A DNA stretch of 64,000 bases from Octopus sinensis (GCF_006345805.1 NC_043022.1:15314001-15378000); one strand, 5' to 3'; positions 36,750 to 49,584 are shown, counted from the first letter of the stretch. Program-made: numbers and translations. The notes: generated from the letters alone by a model not told the origin.

Positions 36750-36872
36750 GGGAAGATGGCATTGACTGCATTGACGCACTTGACGACAGTCAACAGGTGT
36801 CATAGGAATTATGACGGTGTCAACGAATAATGCAGCTGGCCGTGTCAACAGCGCTTGACTAAAAGGTCAACA
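36750..36872. promoter_or_regulatory. Candidate enhancer: homotypic TTGAC/GTCAA cluster
   Basis: 8 TTGAC/GTCAA plus 2 ATGAC/GTCAT in 36762-36870; three are GTCAACA (Forkhead RYMAAYA); AAGATGGC at 36753. Confidence 0.45.
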
Positions 36873-37339
36873 GTTTCTGCCGCATCATCTCTAGTGAAGC
36901 TGCTCTTTCACTAATCCATCGTCTCGTTAGTAGTGTGGCTGAAGTGTAGCTAACCGCTGTGTAGGAGCTCTGGTCGAGTCAAGTGTCTTGTTAGCTTGTA
37001 ATGCAACGTTCGTGTCTCTTCTTGAGGCGGCTTTGAACAGACTTAGAAGTCGCACCTAGTTTGTGCTTCCTCGTTTCTTTCAATAGATGATATGAAAACC
37101 CTTAGATGATGCTGCAGATGTATGTATGTATAATAAATATAATATATATATCGTTGTATTACAGCAGAGTCAGTCAGTGAGTCAGAGAAATAGACTGAAC
37201 AACAACAAGCAGAGGAAGAAGAAAAGATGGTATAGGAGAAAGAAAGAAAAATAGAAGCAGACATGGATGGACAGATGAGCAGAGATGCAAACGGAGAGAG
37301 AAAGACAAGCAGAAAGTCACAGACGGAGAGACAGTGTGT

Positions 37340-37385
37340 ACCATTATGCAAATGAGGTTGTACCGTGGCATATAAATGTTTACAC
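37340..37385 (+). promoter_or_regulatory. Octamer + TATA-like + Forkhead motif group
   Basis: ATGCAAAT 37346-37353, TATAAAT 37371-37377, TGTTTAC 37377-37383. Confidence 0.3.
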
Positions 37386-38799
37386 TTTGAATAAGAAGCT
37401 CTATGATTGCCGGTAGTTTGGGAGGGAGATGTGGCGGGTGAACTGTTAAATAGTAATAAAATGTGTCCGGTTCGTTGTTCTTCCTCCGAAATAGAAGAAA
37501 AGCCCTCCACGGTCCTCAATTTCACTGCAAAAATTGCATGAGGAGACAAGATTGTATATCTTATTTATCAAATAGAGACAAACACAGGGGGTTTGTCTAT
37601 ATAACGGGAGAACGGACAAACACGTCTCCATCGTCATTATCGATTTCATTAAATATTATCAATTGATTTGAACGAGAGAGATGGAGGCAGTTTTAACAAA
37701 AAATAAAACAGACCTATTTATTTCCAAATAAAGAAGCAAGGTAACGAGAGAGGGCTCGGGTGTTTCGATACGATCTAAACTTCACAATTAGTTACCAAAT
37801 TGTTGTAATCAATGAATTCGGGACCTTTTTTTTTAATATTATTTTGTCGAGCATGGCAAACATTTCGTCGGTGACGTGAATCGATGTCTCTCTCTGTCCA
37901 GTACAAATGTTGGCAATTAATTTTAAGTGGGGATGGATTACGAACAAAATAGGGGCTGTTATTTTGTGCCCCCGTCGTTGGAGATGGTCCGTGATGGATT
38001 ATTTGAGATTAAATGGATTTTACTGCTGCTTAAACGCCGACAGGTTTCCGAGACATTCGGAGATTAACGGGATAATGAAATGGACCATTTGTCGCAATCA
38101 ATAAATATGCTGTCTGTTCTAGTAGCAGTTGGTTTGTCTCGGACTGATGGCATAAAAACAAAATTAAGATAATAAGATGGCATGATATCATGTCCTTTAT
38201 AAGAGCAGAGGACATTGTCGTCCTGGGATACAACTGCGGTGGATTTCTTTCACCGCAGGTCATGTCCTTAACAGCACAGTTCTTGCGGGTTCTGCTAATT
38301 TTTTCGGCCAAACAAATAAAATGTTTATCTATCTTTCAATTACTTGCATTTGAAATTACTAATGTCGGAAAGAGGGTCTTTAAAAAAACCAGTTGTTGTC
38401 CTGGTTTTAATTAGAAACTTATTAAGGCAACAAAGAAATAATGGGAAGGCACAAAACCCTGTGACCATTAACCATTTATTACAAGGGAGCAATGATGCCG
38501 AGGCCCTTCTCTCTACTCTTAGCTTTTTTTTTTCTGTTTTTCTATTTTCTTTCGTATAAATAAATATTTCAGAGACATTTTTATTATGAATAAAATTCAA
38601 GACGGCGTAATTTAATTGGCCATAATTAAGTCGATAAAGTACATTTGGTTAATTACTTCTCATTCACTAATCACACACACACCTAGCAAAATGTAAACGA
38701 AATAAATTTGATCATCACATGTAATTATCGGGATAAACAGAAGAGAAAACGAGCAAGGAAAGAGTTCTGGTGAAAACGTTTAATATTTACAACAAACAA

Positions 38800-38912
38800 G
38801 GAAGTGGAAGCCTCTAGGCGGTCGTCACAATGGCTAGAAATAACAGTCGAATCTCCCTCGAATTATACCTTACTGTTATTTGTTTTTTTGTTTTTTTTAA
38901 ACAGAACACACA

Positions 38913-38964
<52 letters not shown>

Positions 38965-40140
38965 TGTGTACAGTGCTCAGGTGCACTACAACTCATCTAA
39001 AGTCTATATATAATCAGGTGTAGTGGGGCATTATATACATTTGTCTAACAAAATAAATGATAATTATTATTATTATTATTATTGGTTTGCTTGTCAAACC
39101 GGGGGTTAAACAGCAACAAATGATGGCAAATATAAAAACACGGTAATTAAAACAATACAATATCAATTACAACAACAACAACTTCTGAACAAAAATTACA
39201 ACTCTTTGACAGTTTCGTGTTGTCTTCATCTAATGATAAAGCCTCTACGTGATCGTTCAGCCTGCTAGAAATAACAACCAAATCATACCCTAACCCTTTT
39301 GAAAAAAGCAATTCTAAATCGGGCGGGGTTTTAGAAAAGCTGTTGGGAGAAAAAAAAGGGCACGGAAATAAAAGAAGAGGGCAAACATATTTTTTAAATG
39401 GACACATTTGGGGTTTTAAAATATTCTTTCGGAATCATAATTTTCCTTGTAAAAAAGACAGGAATATTTTAAAATGAAGTGGGGTGGTGGTGGTAAAAAC
39501 CTTCAATTCTTCGCCCTTTCTCTGTCGGTTAGTGACGACTGTTCCAAAATTCTTCCCCCACACTAGTCTTCTATATATATAGACAAAATAGATGGAGTGG
39601 TCATGGATAGAGCGCTCTCAATAAGACGGAATTTGGATTAAACAACAACAACAAACGATGGTGACAAAGATGTCGAGTCCGGAGTCAATGAGGTCGCAAG
39701 ACCTGCTGGAAATAACAGCCAAATCTATTCAAAATCACGCCTTCCGTTTGATAAAAGCTATAAAAAGGGACACATTGGATAATGTAGACCAAGGTACATT
39801 ATGCCACAAGACAAAAAATGAGACAGAGACCGGATGATCATGATCAGAAGAGGATCCCTTTCATCATAAGACCAACCTATTCAGAGCTGACCTTGGGCTA
39901 AAGAAAAAAACAACCGCTAGCAATTTGTCTGCTGGAGTCAGTGAGGTTGCTAGATATAGCAGCCAAATATCCGTCGAATCATACTCTGCTATATCTTAAA
40001 ATGAAAGACGTTGAATAATGTGATACAAGTTATATATTATACAGAGAGAGACAGACAGACAGACAGAGGCGGGATGGTCAAGGCTGGAATGGAATCCCTT
40101 TCATCATAAAAGGGATACTCAATCTGGGCCGACTTGGGGG
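38800..40140 (-). repeat. Cluster of about 5 degenerate family F repeats
   Basis: Recurrent gctagaaataacagc/accaaat(c/a) at about 38830, 39265, 39710 and 39950, plus family F 5' parts at 39830-39900 and 40080-40140. Confidence 0.6.
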
Positions 40141-41084
40141 TTAAACAACAAAAGGATACAAACGAAATTGACAACGAAGATAATCGTTATAAAAGCACGG
40201 AACAAGGACGACGGCCAACGGTTATGACGGGGATAATTACTGGTATCACAACAACAGCTTGGTGTAACAACACCTTAACAAACCTTATCATAACCGTTTC
40301 CTTTTTCTTCTTCGACCCTTCTCCCAAACATTGTAAGGGGACCCCCCCCCCCAAACGTCTCTTTTACTCTTTTACTTGTTTCAGTCAGTTGACTGCGGCC
40401 ATGCTGGAGCACCGCCTTTATATTTTTATATATTTTTATATATTTTTAAATAAGAATGTCACGCAAAATAATCCAAAGGACGAAGTACTCGGCGGCACCG
40501 AAACAGGGCTTAACATACACACAAAAACCCCGTCCCCCCGCGCACCGGAGGAATAAATAATAATACTAAACCGGGGGGGGGGAATGTGCGGCCCGCGGGA
40601 CTGGACTTATTGAACAATGATACACCTAAGGGAAAAATCTATTTTCATTTTTATATCCATTTGGGCGGGGGGAAAAAAGGGGTTAGGAGTGTGGCCCGCC
40701 CGATATGAAACCCCCATGTCTTAGGTCTTATATGTGGCCCGTTTCACAAAAGGGCTGACCCACATGCATACATACAAAAAGGCGGTGCTCCAGCCGTGGC
40801 CTACGCCTAAAACGCACACACAGCTACGGTAATAGCAATGACGAAGATAATGTTAATAATAATAATAATAATAAACAATGATGATAATGGTTGGTGGTGG
40901 TATTGACCAGGAACTTGCCTTCATATTGATGTTATACCCAGCGCAGCAGAAAAGCTTCGATCTGCCATCATGGTACATGTGGAGATTACTGAGAGAGAAG
41001 GAGGCGACGGGAACGGGGGAGGAGGTTCATGGCAGTGAGGTAACTGTGGCGGCGGTGAAGGCGGTGGTGGTGGTGGCGATGGTT

Positions 41085-41173
41085 GTGGTAGTGATAGGTA
41101 GTTGTAATAGTGGTGGGAGGGGGAGAGAGTGTGAGAAAGAGAGAGATAAGGATAAACAGAGAGAGAGATAGAG

Positions 41174-41209
<36 letters not shown>

Positions 41210-41480
41210 GTAAAAGATGGAGATAGAGAGGGTGAGGAGTGTATGTTGTGCATGATAGGGAGGAGGAGGAGGAGGAGGTTGATGACAGTAAGGTAACGGT
41301 GGTGGTAGTGATAGGTAGTTGTAATAGTGGTGGGTGGGGGAGAGAGTGTGAGAGAGAGAGAGATAAGGATGAACAGAGAGAGAGCGTGCGTGTGTGTGTG
41401 TGTGTGTGTGTGAAAAGTAAAGATGGAGATAGAGAGTGTGAGGAGTGTATGTTGTGCGTGATAGGAAGGAGGAGGATGAG
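41085..41480. repeat. ~220-bp low-complexity tandem duplication
   Basis: gtggtagtgataggtagttgtaatagtggtgg..gataagga..gtaaa(a)gatggagatagagag..gaggagtgtatgttgtgc.tgatagg occurs twice. Confidence 0.85.
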
Positions 41481-42307
41481 GGGAATAAAAACAGAGAGGG
41501 AGGGGGAGAATGTGTTGCAGTAGAAACAAGGTGGTGGGGATGAGGATGGGGAGAGTGAGAGAGAGAGTGTGCGTGAGTGAGAAAAGGGAGAGAGATTGCG
41601 TGCGTGCGTGCGTGTGCGCGCGTGGTAGAAAAGAGAGAGAGAAAGAGAGAAGGAGAGGAGTTGTAGCAGAATTACAATCGTGGGGAGAAAGAGAGAGTGT
41701 GTGCATGCGTAGTGGGAGGGGGAGAAAAGATAGACAGTGTGAGGGAGAGAGAGAGAAAAAGAGAGAGAGAGGGAGAATGGTTTGCAATGGAATCACGGTA
41801 GGGGGAGGTGGGGGAGTGAAGTGCAAGTGTAACAAAGAAGGTGAAAAGGGAGAAAAAACAGAGAGAGAGAGAGGGAAAGGCATGGATGGCTCGTGGCTGC
41901 ACGGCGGGGGTGGAAGTAGGAGTGGGGTCCACTGCGAGAGCGATGGTGAGAGGAGAGAAAGTGTCTGCGCACGTGTATGAAGAGTGTGTGTGTGTGTCTG
42001 TGTGTGTGTGTGGTGTTAGCAGTTAGATGAAGAAGAAGAGGGAGTGTCTGGCAGCAGCCAACATGTGAGTGGACTAGGGAGACGGCGGTGATGGTAATAA
42101 ATGGTTGGGATGTGTGTATGTATGTATATATATATATATATATGGTCTAATGACAGGATTAACGGGAGACGGCAATACGGTGCAGGTAAGGGTTACGGGG
42201 GTTAACATGCGTGTCTGGGAGCAGAAGCAGAAATGAGTGCGAGTCATTCAGTCAGTCTTTCCTGTTAGCAACAAGTTATTGGGGGCGAGAAATGTTGCAA
42301 GGGCAGC

Positions 42308-42490
42308 CAGCCATGGGGCAACTTGTGCGGCCCGCGAGAGTCTTTTCTGAATGCCATGCCACCAAATTAATAAAAAAAAAATTGCATTCAATTTTTTTTA
42401 TTTATTTTTTTTTCCACGCGACTCGTCACGTGATGAACCATGTCTCTCTCTCATGTGGCCCACTTCTTGAAAAAAAGGTTACCCACGTCT
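42308..42490. mobile_element. hAT (Charlie-like) MITE, degenerate
   Basis: cagccatggggcaacttgtgcggcccgcg ... tgtggccc..aaaaaggttacccac; similar remnant at 40580-40765. Confidence 0.45.
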
Positions 42491-42511
42491 AAGTGCAGAC
42501 TCTCATATATG

Positions 42512-42910
42512 TACTCTTTACTCTTTTTACTTGTTTCAGTCATTTGGCTGTGGCCGTGCTGGAGCATCGCCTTCAGTCGAGCAAATCGACCCCCAAGACT
42601 TATTCTTTGTAAGCCCAGTACTTATTCTATCGGTCTCTTTTTGCCGAACCGCTAAGTTACGGGGACGTAAACACACCAGCATCGGTTGTCACGCGATGTT
42701 GGAGGAACAAACACAGACCCACAAACATATACGCACACGTACATATATACATATATACGACGGGCTTCTTTCAGTTTCCGTCTACCAAATCCACTCACAA
42801 GGCTTTGGTCGGCCCGAGGCTATAGCAGAAGACACGTGCCCAAGGTGCCACGCAGTGGGACTGAACCCGGAACCATATGGTTGGTAAGCAAGCTACTTAC
42901 CACACAGCCC
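42512..42910 (-). mobile_element. SINE family A, full length
   Basis: Reverse complement of the consensus. Confidence 0.9.
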
Positions 42911-43337
42911 AGGCAATAGATAGACAAAAACTCCCTTTGGAGGAACCAAGAGCAAATTCTAAAAAGAAAAACAGGACAGGCAAGGGAGATAACTTCAATA
43001 ATAGCAATTGAAATTTTCAGAAAATATAGAAAATGCAGTAATGGAACAGTATTGGTTATGGTATTTTAAAGTCAATAAACGGACATGTTTCAGTTTTATG
43101 AGACCTTTTCAGCGAAAGCATTCTAAATCAGTTGTCAAGAATAAGAGACCAAAAATATATTATATAAATAAGAATAAAGAAAAGGAGCAACACCAATTAT
43201 GAAAGTCGCAAGAAAGAATTGCAATACGGATTCTTCAAACTGAAGTCAACCAGCAGGAGACCCCTAGTGAGTAAAGCAAGAACTAGAGATGGTCAGAGAA
43301 TATCCATTGTCTCAATTGATAGAGATGGCTAAATAGA

Positions 43338-43439
43338 CAAACAGAAATAGAATGAATTATTATTAATATTATTAATATTATTATTATTATTATCATTATT
43401 ATTATTATTATTAATTATTATTATTATTATTAATTATTA

Positions 43440-43483
<44 letters not shown>

Positions 43484-43550
43484 TATTATTATTATTATTA
43501 CTATTATTATTATTGCTATTATTATTATTATTACTATTATTATTATTCAT
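43338..43550. repeat. (ATT)n microsatellite, ~210 bp
   Basis: Directly visible. Confidence 0.97.
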
Positions 43551-43730
43551 GTAAAAAGCACCCACTACACTCATGGAGTGGATGGCGTTAAGAAAGGCAT
43601 CCAGCCGTAGAAACATTGCCAGATCAGACTGGGCCTGGTGCAGCCTCCTGGCTTCCCAGACCCCAGTTGAACCGTCCAACCCATGCTAGCATGGAAAGCA
43701 GATGCTAAACGATGATGATGATGATGATTA
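43550..43730 (+). mobile_element. Family C repeat (RTE-type 3' end)
   Basis: gtaaaaagcacccactacac..gaaaggcatccagccgtag..gctaaac(gat)n. Confidence 0.85.
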
Positions 43731-44169
43731 TTACTATTATTACTATTATTATTATTATTATTAAGGTGGTAACCTGGCAGAATTATTAACATGCTGGGCA
43801 AAATGCTTAGCAGCTTTTTGTCCGTCTTTACGTTCTGAGTTCAAATCCCACGAAGGTCAACTTTGCCTTTTATCCTTTCAGGGGACAATAAAATTGAGCA
43901 CTGGGGTCGATGCAATAGACTTATGCCCTTCCCCTCAAATTGCTGACCTTAGGTTCCATAGAGGGAGTTTTTGCCTAATGGTTACTTGGATAATCTCATA
44001 TAATCCAAGGCCTTTTAACCCACTGGATTACATGTGGGAGATTTAGTTACATTATCTAACATGGAGAACTCTTCACCGGATCCTTATCCTTTAGACCTAT
44101 TGGTTGGTTTTGGGGTCACAAGTATGTGCTGGTAATAGAGCAGGGGGGGTGATGCAAGAGTGTGCGTGC

Positions 44170-44200
<31 letters not shown>

Positions 44201-45167
44201 CGTGTGTGTGGTGTGTGTGCGAGTGTGTGTGTGTGCACACATTTATACATACAAATGTACAGAAGTGTGTGTGCTGTGTGTATCTGTGTGTGCATGTATG
44301 TGTGTGTGTCTGTCTGTTGAGTGTGTGTGTGTCTGTTATGTGTATAATGGGGGATAAAAGAGTGTGTGTCTGTGTTTGTGTGTCTGTCTGTCTGTGTGTC
44401 TGTGTGTGTGTGTGTTATGTGCATGATTATGTGTGCGAGTGTGGGGGGATATAGGTGTGTGTGTGAGTGTGTGTTATGTATATAATTAAGTGTACAAGAG
44501 TGGGGAAGATAAGTGTGTGTGTGTGCATCTGGCTGCAAATGTATATGTTTGTGTGTGTGTGTGTGTGTGCGTGTGTGAGGAGGATTGATTGTGATAGTGA
44601 ACGCATGGGATGGGTAGAGACAGGGGAAACAGTGATGGTGGGGAAAAGAAGTGGAGAGAGAGAGACTGTGGTAGCGGTAAGAGGAGGGGGTGAATAGAGT
44701 GGTGGTATGTGGGGGGGGAGAGAAAAAGGTGGTGGTGGTGGTGAGACATGAAGTGTGTGAATGGGTGCACAAAGTTAAGAGTGGGGAAGTGGGGAAGGAG
44801 AAAGGGAGAGAGATGATGAAGGAGAAAGACAGAGTGATAATGATAGACATAGTAGTAGTAGTAGTAGTAGTAGTAGCAGCAGTAGTAGTAGTAGTAGCAG
44901 CAGCAGCAGTAGTAGTAGTAGTAGTAGCAGCAGCAGTAGTAGTAGTAGTAGCAGTGGTGGTGGTGTGAAAGAGAGACAGAGTGAGAAATGGGGGGGTTAT
45001 ATAGGATAAGCAAGATGGGGGGGGACAAAAATAGCTGGTTGAAAATAAACTGGGGATAGGTTTCTCTAATTTAGTTTAGATCAGGGTTCCCAAACTTTTT
45101 AGACCCTCATGGAATCCTTGACATCCCTCATTGAGCCCCAGGCATGTACAAGAAAATGAGTAATTAG

Positions 45168-45540
45168 GAGTGGCTGTGTGGTAAGTAGCTTGCTTACCAA
45201 CCACATGGTTCCGGGTTCAGTCCCACTGCATGGCACCTTGGGCAAGTGTCTTCTACTATAGCCTCAGGCCGACCAAAGCCTTGTGAGTGGATTTGGTAGA
45301 CGGAAACTGAAAGAAGCCCGTCGTTTATATATGTATATATGTGTGTGCATGTGTGTGTTTGTGTGTCTGTGTTTGTCCCCCCAACATCGCTTGATAACCG
45401 ATGTTGGTGTGTTTACGTCCCTGTAACATTAGTGGTTCGGCAAAAGAGACCGATAGAATAAGTACCAAGCTTATAAAGAATAAGTCCTGGGGTTGATTTG
45501 CTCGACTACAGTCAAATGACTGAAACAAGTAAAAGAATAG
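45168..45540 (+). mobile_element. SINE family A
   Basis: Matches the consensus with a short 3' deletion. Confidence 0.88.
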
Positions 45541-45574
45541 AATTAAAATATGCCAATCTCTAACTGTGGAAGAG

Positions 45575-46070
45575 GTAAGTTAAGTTAAGTTAATTTTTTG
45601 GCTCAAAAAGCAAAAAGCAAGGCCATGTAGGGGGACATGGAGTTATGTACAGGGGTGTTCATGCAAAGAGTTCAGGCCATTTCTGATCAAGAGAGGCTTT
45701 GAACCGAGCGGTCGTCGGCATCTTCACCGTCTCGTCCAGCAGCTTATTCCACGGATCCGCAACCCGGATGGAGAAAGCCCCTCTCCTTCGATTGAGATGA
45801 AATCGTCGCAGATAGAGCTTTTCGGAGTGACCCCGCAGCCGACGCTCTGGAGCAGGAGTGAAGAACAGCTCTTTCGAGAGGTTATACTTTCCGCTTATGA
45901 TGTGAGCAAGAATGAGATCTCCACGGCGACGTCGTTTTTCTACAGAATAAAGGTCAAGCGTCTTCAGCCTTTCTTCATAAGAAAGATGCTTGAGACCAAG
46001 AACCATGCGGGTAGCCAGCTTCTGGACTCTTTGGGCGAGGTGGTGAAGCATGACCTTGAATGTTGGGCTA
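45575..46070 (-). mobile_element. CR1-clade LINE 3' end (ORF2 C-terminus, 3' UTR, (AACTT)n tail)
   Basis: RVQKLATRMVLGLKHLSYEERLKTLDLYSVEKRRRRGDLI...LRGHSEKL...FSIRVADPWNKL..FKASLD matches the CR1 LSYEERL..RR.RGDLI..TRGH..KL..FS.RV...WN.L pattern. Confidence 0.92.
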
Positions 46071-46114
46071 AATCATCATCATCATCGTTTAACGTCCACT
46101 TTCCATGCTTCCTG

Positions 46115-46487
46115 GTTTCAGTCATTTGACTGCAGCCATGCTGGAGCACAGCCTTGAAGGGTTATTAATCATACAAATTGACCCCAGGACTTGTTTTTTT
46201 GTAAGCCTAGTACTTATTCTATTGGACTCTTTTGCCGAACCGCTAAGTTATAGGGACATAAACATGCCAACATCTGTTGTCAAGTGATGAAGGTGTGGGA
46301 ACAAACACAAGCCCAAAGTGACACACACATAAAGATATATATATATACACATACATACATGATGGGCTTCTTTCAGTTTCCATCAACCAAATCCATTCAA
46401 AAGGCTATGGTTAGCCCAAGACTATAGTAGAAGACACTTGCCCAAGGTGCCAAACAGTGGGATTGAACATGGTTGGGAAGCAAGCTA
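46115..46487 (-). mobile_element. SINE family A, older
   Basis: Degenerate reverse complement of the consensus. Confidence 0.8.
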
Positions 46488-46594
46488 ACAAACTCTTATA
46501 CAAACCCCTAAGGGTCATATGGGCCCCCAGGTTGAGAACCCTTCAAGGCAGTGCTCTAGCATGGCAGTAACCCAATAACAAACAAGAAAAACAG

Positions 46595-47322
46595 GAATGG
46601 CTGTGTGGTAAGTAGCTTGCTAACAAGCCACATGGTTCCGGGTTCAGTCCCACTGTGTGGCACCTTGGGCAAGTGTCTTCTACTATAGCCTCGGGCTGAC
46701 CAATGCTTTGTGAGTGGATTTGGTAGACAGAAACTGAAAGAAGCCTGTCGTATATATGTATATATATATATATATTAATAAATAAAACATATGCATATAT
46801 ATATATACATATATGTACGTACCTACCTCTACATGTATATATACACGCATATATGAGTACAGGACACCAAAAGGACGTCGAACACAATGAGAAACGAAAA
46901 CATAGACACAAACCAAAGGAACTGGACATTTTTTTAAACAACAAAAAATTGAGTACAGGACAAATAACACAAAGAAAAAACCCCTTCTTCAGTCACCATG
47001 GTTTCATCTACTCTACGTTTCGAAGGTGAAGGCGAGACATATCTTCGATAAGAAACTTTCCTTCCTGCGAAAAGCAAATCAATTAAAATTTATGTGTGTG
47101 TGTGTTTGTGTGTCTGTGTTTGTCCCTCTAGCAGTGCTTGACAACCAATGCTGGTGTGTTTATGTCCCCGTCACTTAGCGGTTTGGCAAAAGAGACCGAT
47201 AGAATAAGTACTGGGCTTACAAAGAATAAGTCCCGGGGTCGAGTTGCTCGACTAAAGGCGGTGCTCCAGCATGGCCGCAGTCAAATGACTGAAACAAGTA
47301 AAAGAGTAAAAGAGAGAGTAAA
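46595..47322 (+). mobile_element. SINE family A interrupted in its microsatellite by a Penelope-like fragment (46850-47075)
   Basis: Head at 46595-46750; body and tail resume at 47095-47322. Confidence 0.82.
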
Positions 47323-47999
47323 GTAAAGCAAATACAAGCCACTACCGTCTTGCAGCCTTCAGAGAACCAGCGCTACCATTTCTCTAGAATATGACTACAC
47401 ATATCTTCATGATTAACCTAGATAGATCTGTGCAGAGAGTGGAGGGAAGTGATGCGGGAAGAAAGCTGCTGCACCAATTTGCAGAAGGAATGGTGACAGT
47501 TTTTTTCTTTATTTTTAGTTTTTAATCGGCCATAATGACTTTAATTCAACACTTTACTTTATGGAATTTCTTCAATTTCTCACCATAATTCTGCAAATAT
47601 TTTTTTGTTTTTTTGTTGTTTTTTAATGAATAAATTAAGCCAAAAAAAAAAGATGAGGCAGCCTCCATGGATGACCTTTGCAGATGTTAACAAACTGCTA
47701 AAATTGATGTGATTTGTTGTTCAACTTGGAAGGTTTTTGCAGCATTCAAGAATAAGAGGAAAAGGCTGTGTGGTTAACAAGCTTGTTTTGCAACCATGAG
47801 GTTTCTGGTTCAATCCCACTGCACAGCACTTTGGGAAAAGTGTCTTCTACTACAGCACCCAACTGATAAATGCCTTGTGAGTCGGTGAATTTGGAGGCAG
47901 AAACTAAGTGGAAGCCTGTTATGTGCATATTTTTATTTTTTTAATTTTATTTCATCTAGTCTCAGTTCACGAGCTGTGGCCATGCTGGGGCACCACATT

Positions 48000-48790
48000 C
48001 TTTTCTCTTTTATTTGTTTCGGTCAATGGGTATGCTGGGGCAATGCCTTGAAGAATTATTTGCCAAATGAATCAACCCCCAGTATATTTTTCTAAGCCTG
48101 GTATTTATTCTATGGGCCTTTGCTGAACCGCTAAGTTACAGGGATGTAAACACACCAACACAGGTTGACAAGTGGCAGTGGAGGACAAACACAGACACAA
48201 AGACACACACACATCAGAAACTGCTTTCGATTTCTGTCCACCAAATCCACTTACAAGGCTTTGGTTAGCCCAAGACCATAGTAAAAGACACTTGGCCAAA
48301 GTGCCATGCAGTGGGACTGAACCTGGAACTGTGTGGTTCGGAAACAAACTTTGTATCACACAGCCAAGCCTGCTATGTTCCCTTTTGCATTTAATCATTT
48401 AGATTCTTCGTTTGAAGAGGGAGCTGGTTTCTAATAAAAATACAAAACTCCATCTTTGGAATGGAGATAACAAAATCATTATCACATTTTAAACTCGAGA
48501 AAAGTCTCGCGTATTTTTACTGTTCCACTTACTGACTGTATTTGCGTGTCTTTGTGTCTGTGTTTAGCACCATCACCACAGGTCGACAACCAGTGTTGGT
48601 TTGTTTACGTCCCCATGACTTAGCAGTCGGGCCAAAGAGACCAATAGAATAAATACCAAACTTTAAAAACAAAAACAAAAAAAAAAGACATGAGTACTGG
48701 CGTTGATATGTCTGACTAAAAACCCCTTTAAAGCAATGCCCCAGCATGGCCGCAGTCCCATGACTGAAACAAGTAACAAGATTAAAAAAC
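48000..48790. mobile_element. Two degenerate SINE A copies (48000-48368 minus, 48540-48790 plus)
   Basis: Recognisable A body and tail motifs. Confidence 0.7.
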
Positions 48791-49129
48791 AAATAAAAGA
48801 CACTACATAATCCCGTGTGTGTGTGTATCATAATTAATCCAAGCTAATACAAAGAAAGTATTATCAGAAGGAAAGTGAAAGTAGAAATGCTTGCCTCTTC
48901 CCTCCACCACTGTCCTTCTCATTTACACAATCTGTATTCATCACTTGACAGCCTCCTACTTTAATTCTGTCTCGTTAATGACACAGCAAATGAAGAAACA
49001 CTGACTCTAATTATTCCATCTTACATGAAAATTACTGTCAACTTCATTTTATTTTTTTTTTTATTATCTTTTGTTTTTTTACTTGATAAAGTCATTGGGT
49101 TGTGGTCATGCTGGGGCACCACCTTCAAT

Positions 49130-49410
49130 CAGGCTTCAATCTTGATCTGGCAGAGTTTCTACAGCTGGATGCCCTTCCTAATGCCAACCACCCAGAGAGT
49201 GTAGTGGGTGCTTTTTACGTGCCACCAGCACGGGGTCAGTCAGGCGGTACTGGCAACGACCTCGCTCGAATCTTTTACACATGCCACTGGCACAGGTGCC
49301 AGTAAGGCGACGCTGGTAACAATCACGCTCGAATGGTGCCTTTTACGTACCACCGGCACGGACGCCAGTTAGCTGCTCTGGCAACAATCATGCTCAGATG
49401 GTGCTCTTAA
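49130..49410 (-). mobile_element. Family C repeat with short internal tandem array
   Basis: ggatgcccttcctaatgccaacc followed by 3-4 ttttacgtgccacc.gcac-type units. Confidence 0.75.
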
Positions 49411-49546
49411 CACCCTAATGATTTCAAATTTTGGGTTTTTCCTTAATTCTCTTCAGCAGGTCCCACTAAACACATAGGGTTAAAAATCCTAGTCATCTCC
49501 ATTAAGCATTGAACAGGCTTGCACCAAATTCAAAACAATTTCAGTG

Positions 49547-49584
<38 letters not shown>

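Larger units (their letters stand above)
45082..46541. mobile_element. hAT (Charlie-like) MITE split by nested insertions
   Basis: Left end cagggttcccaaactttt at 45082; right end ccccaggttgagaaccc at 46525-46541; SINE A, CR1, C tail and SINE A lie between. Confidence 0.5.

Noticed and set aside
37087-37119. 33-nt micro-exon between tttctttcaatag| and |gtatgt
   Set aside because: Stops in all three frames, and the donor is part of a (TATG)n repeat.
40200-40800. Oddly scrambled sequence with unusual homopolymers
   Set aside because: Looks like low-quality consensus of SINE A and hAT remnants rather than a biological feature.
44000-44045. FNPLDYMW, similar to the maT DLNPLDY.W motif
   Set aside because: Isolated 8-residue similarity with no flanking transposase sequence.
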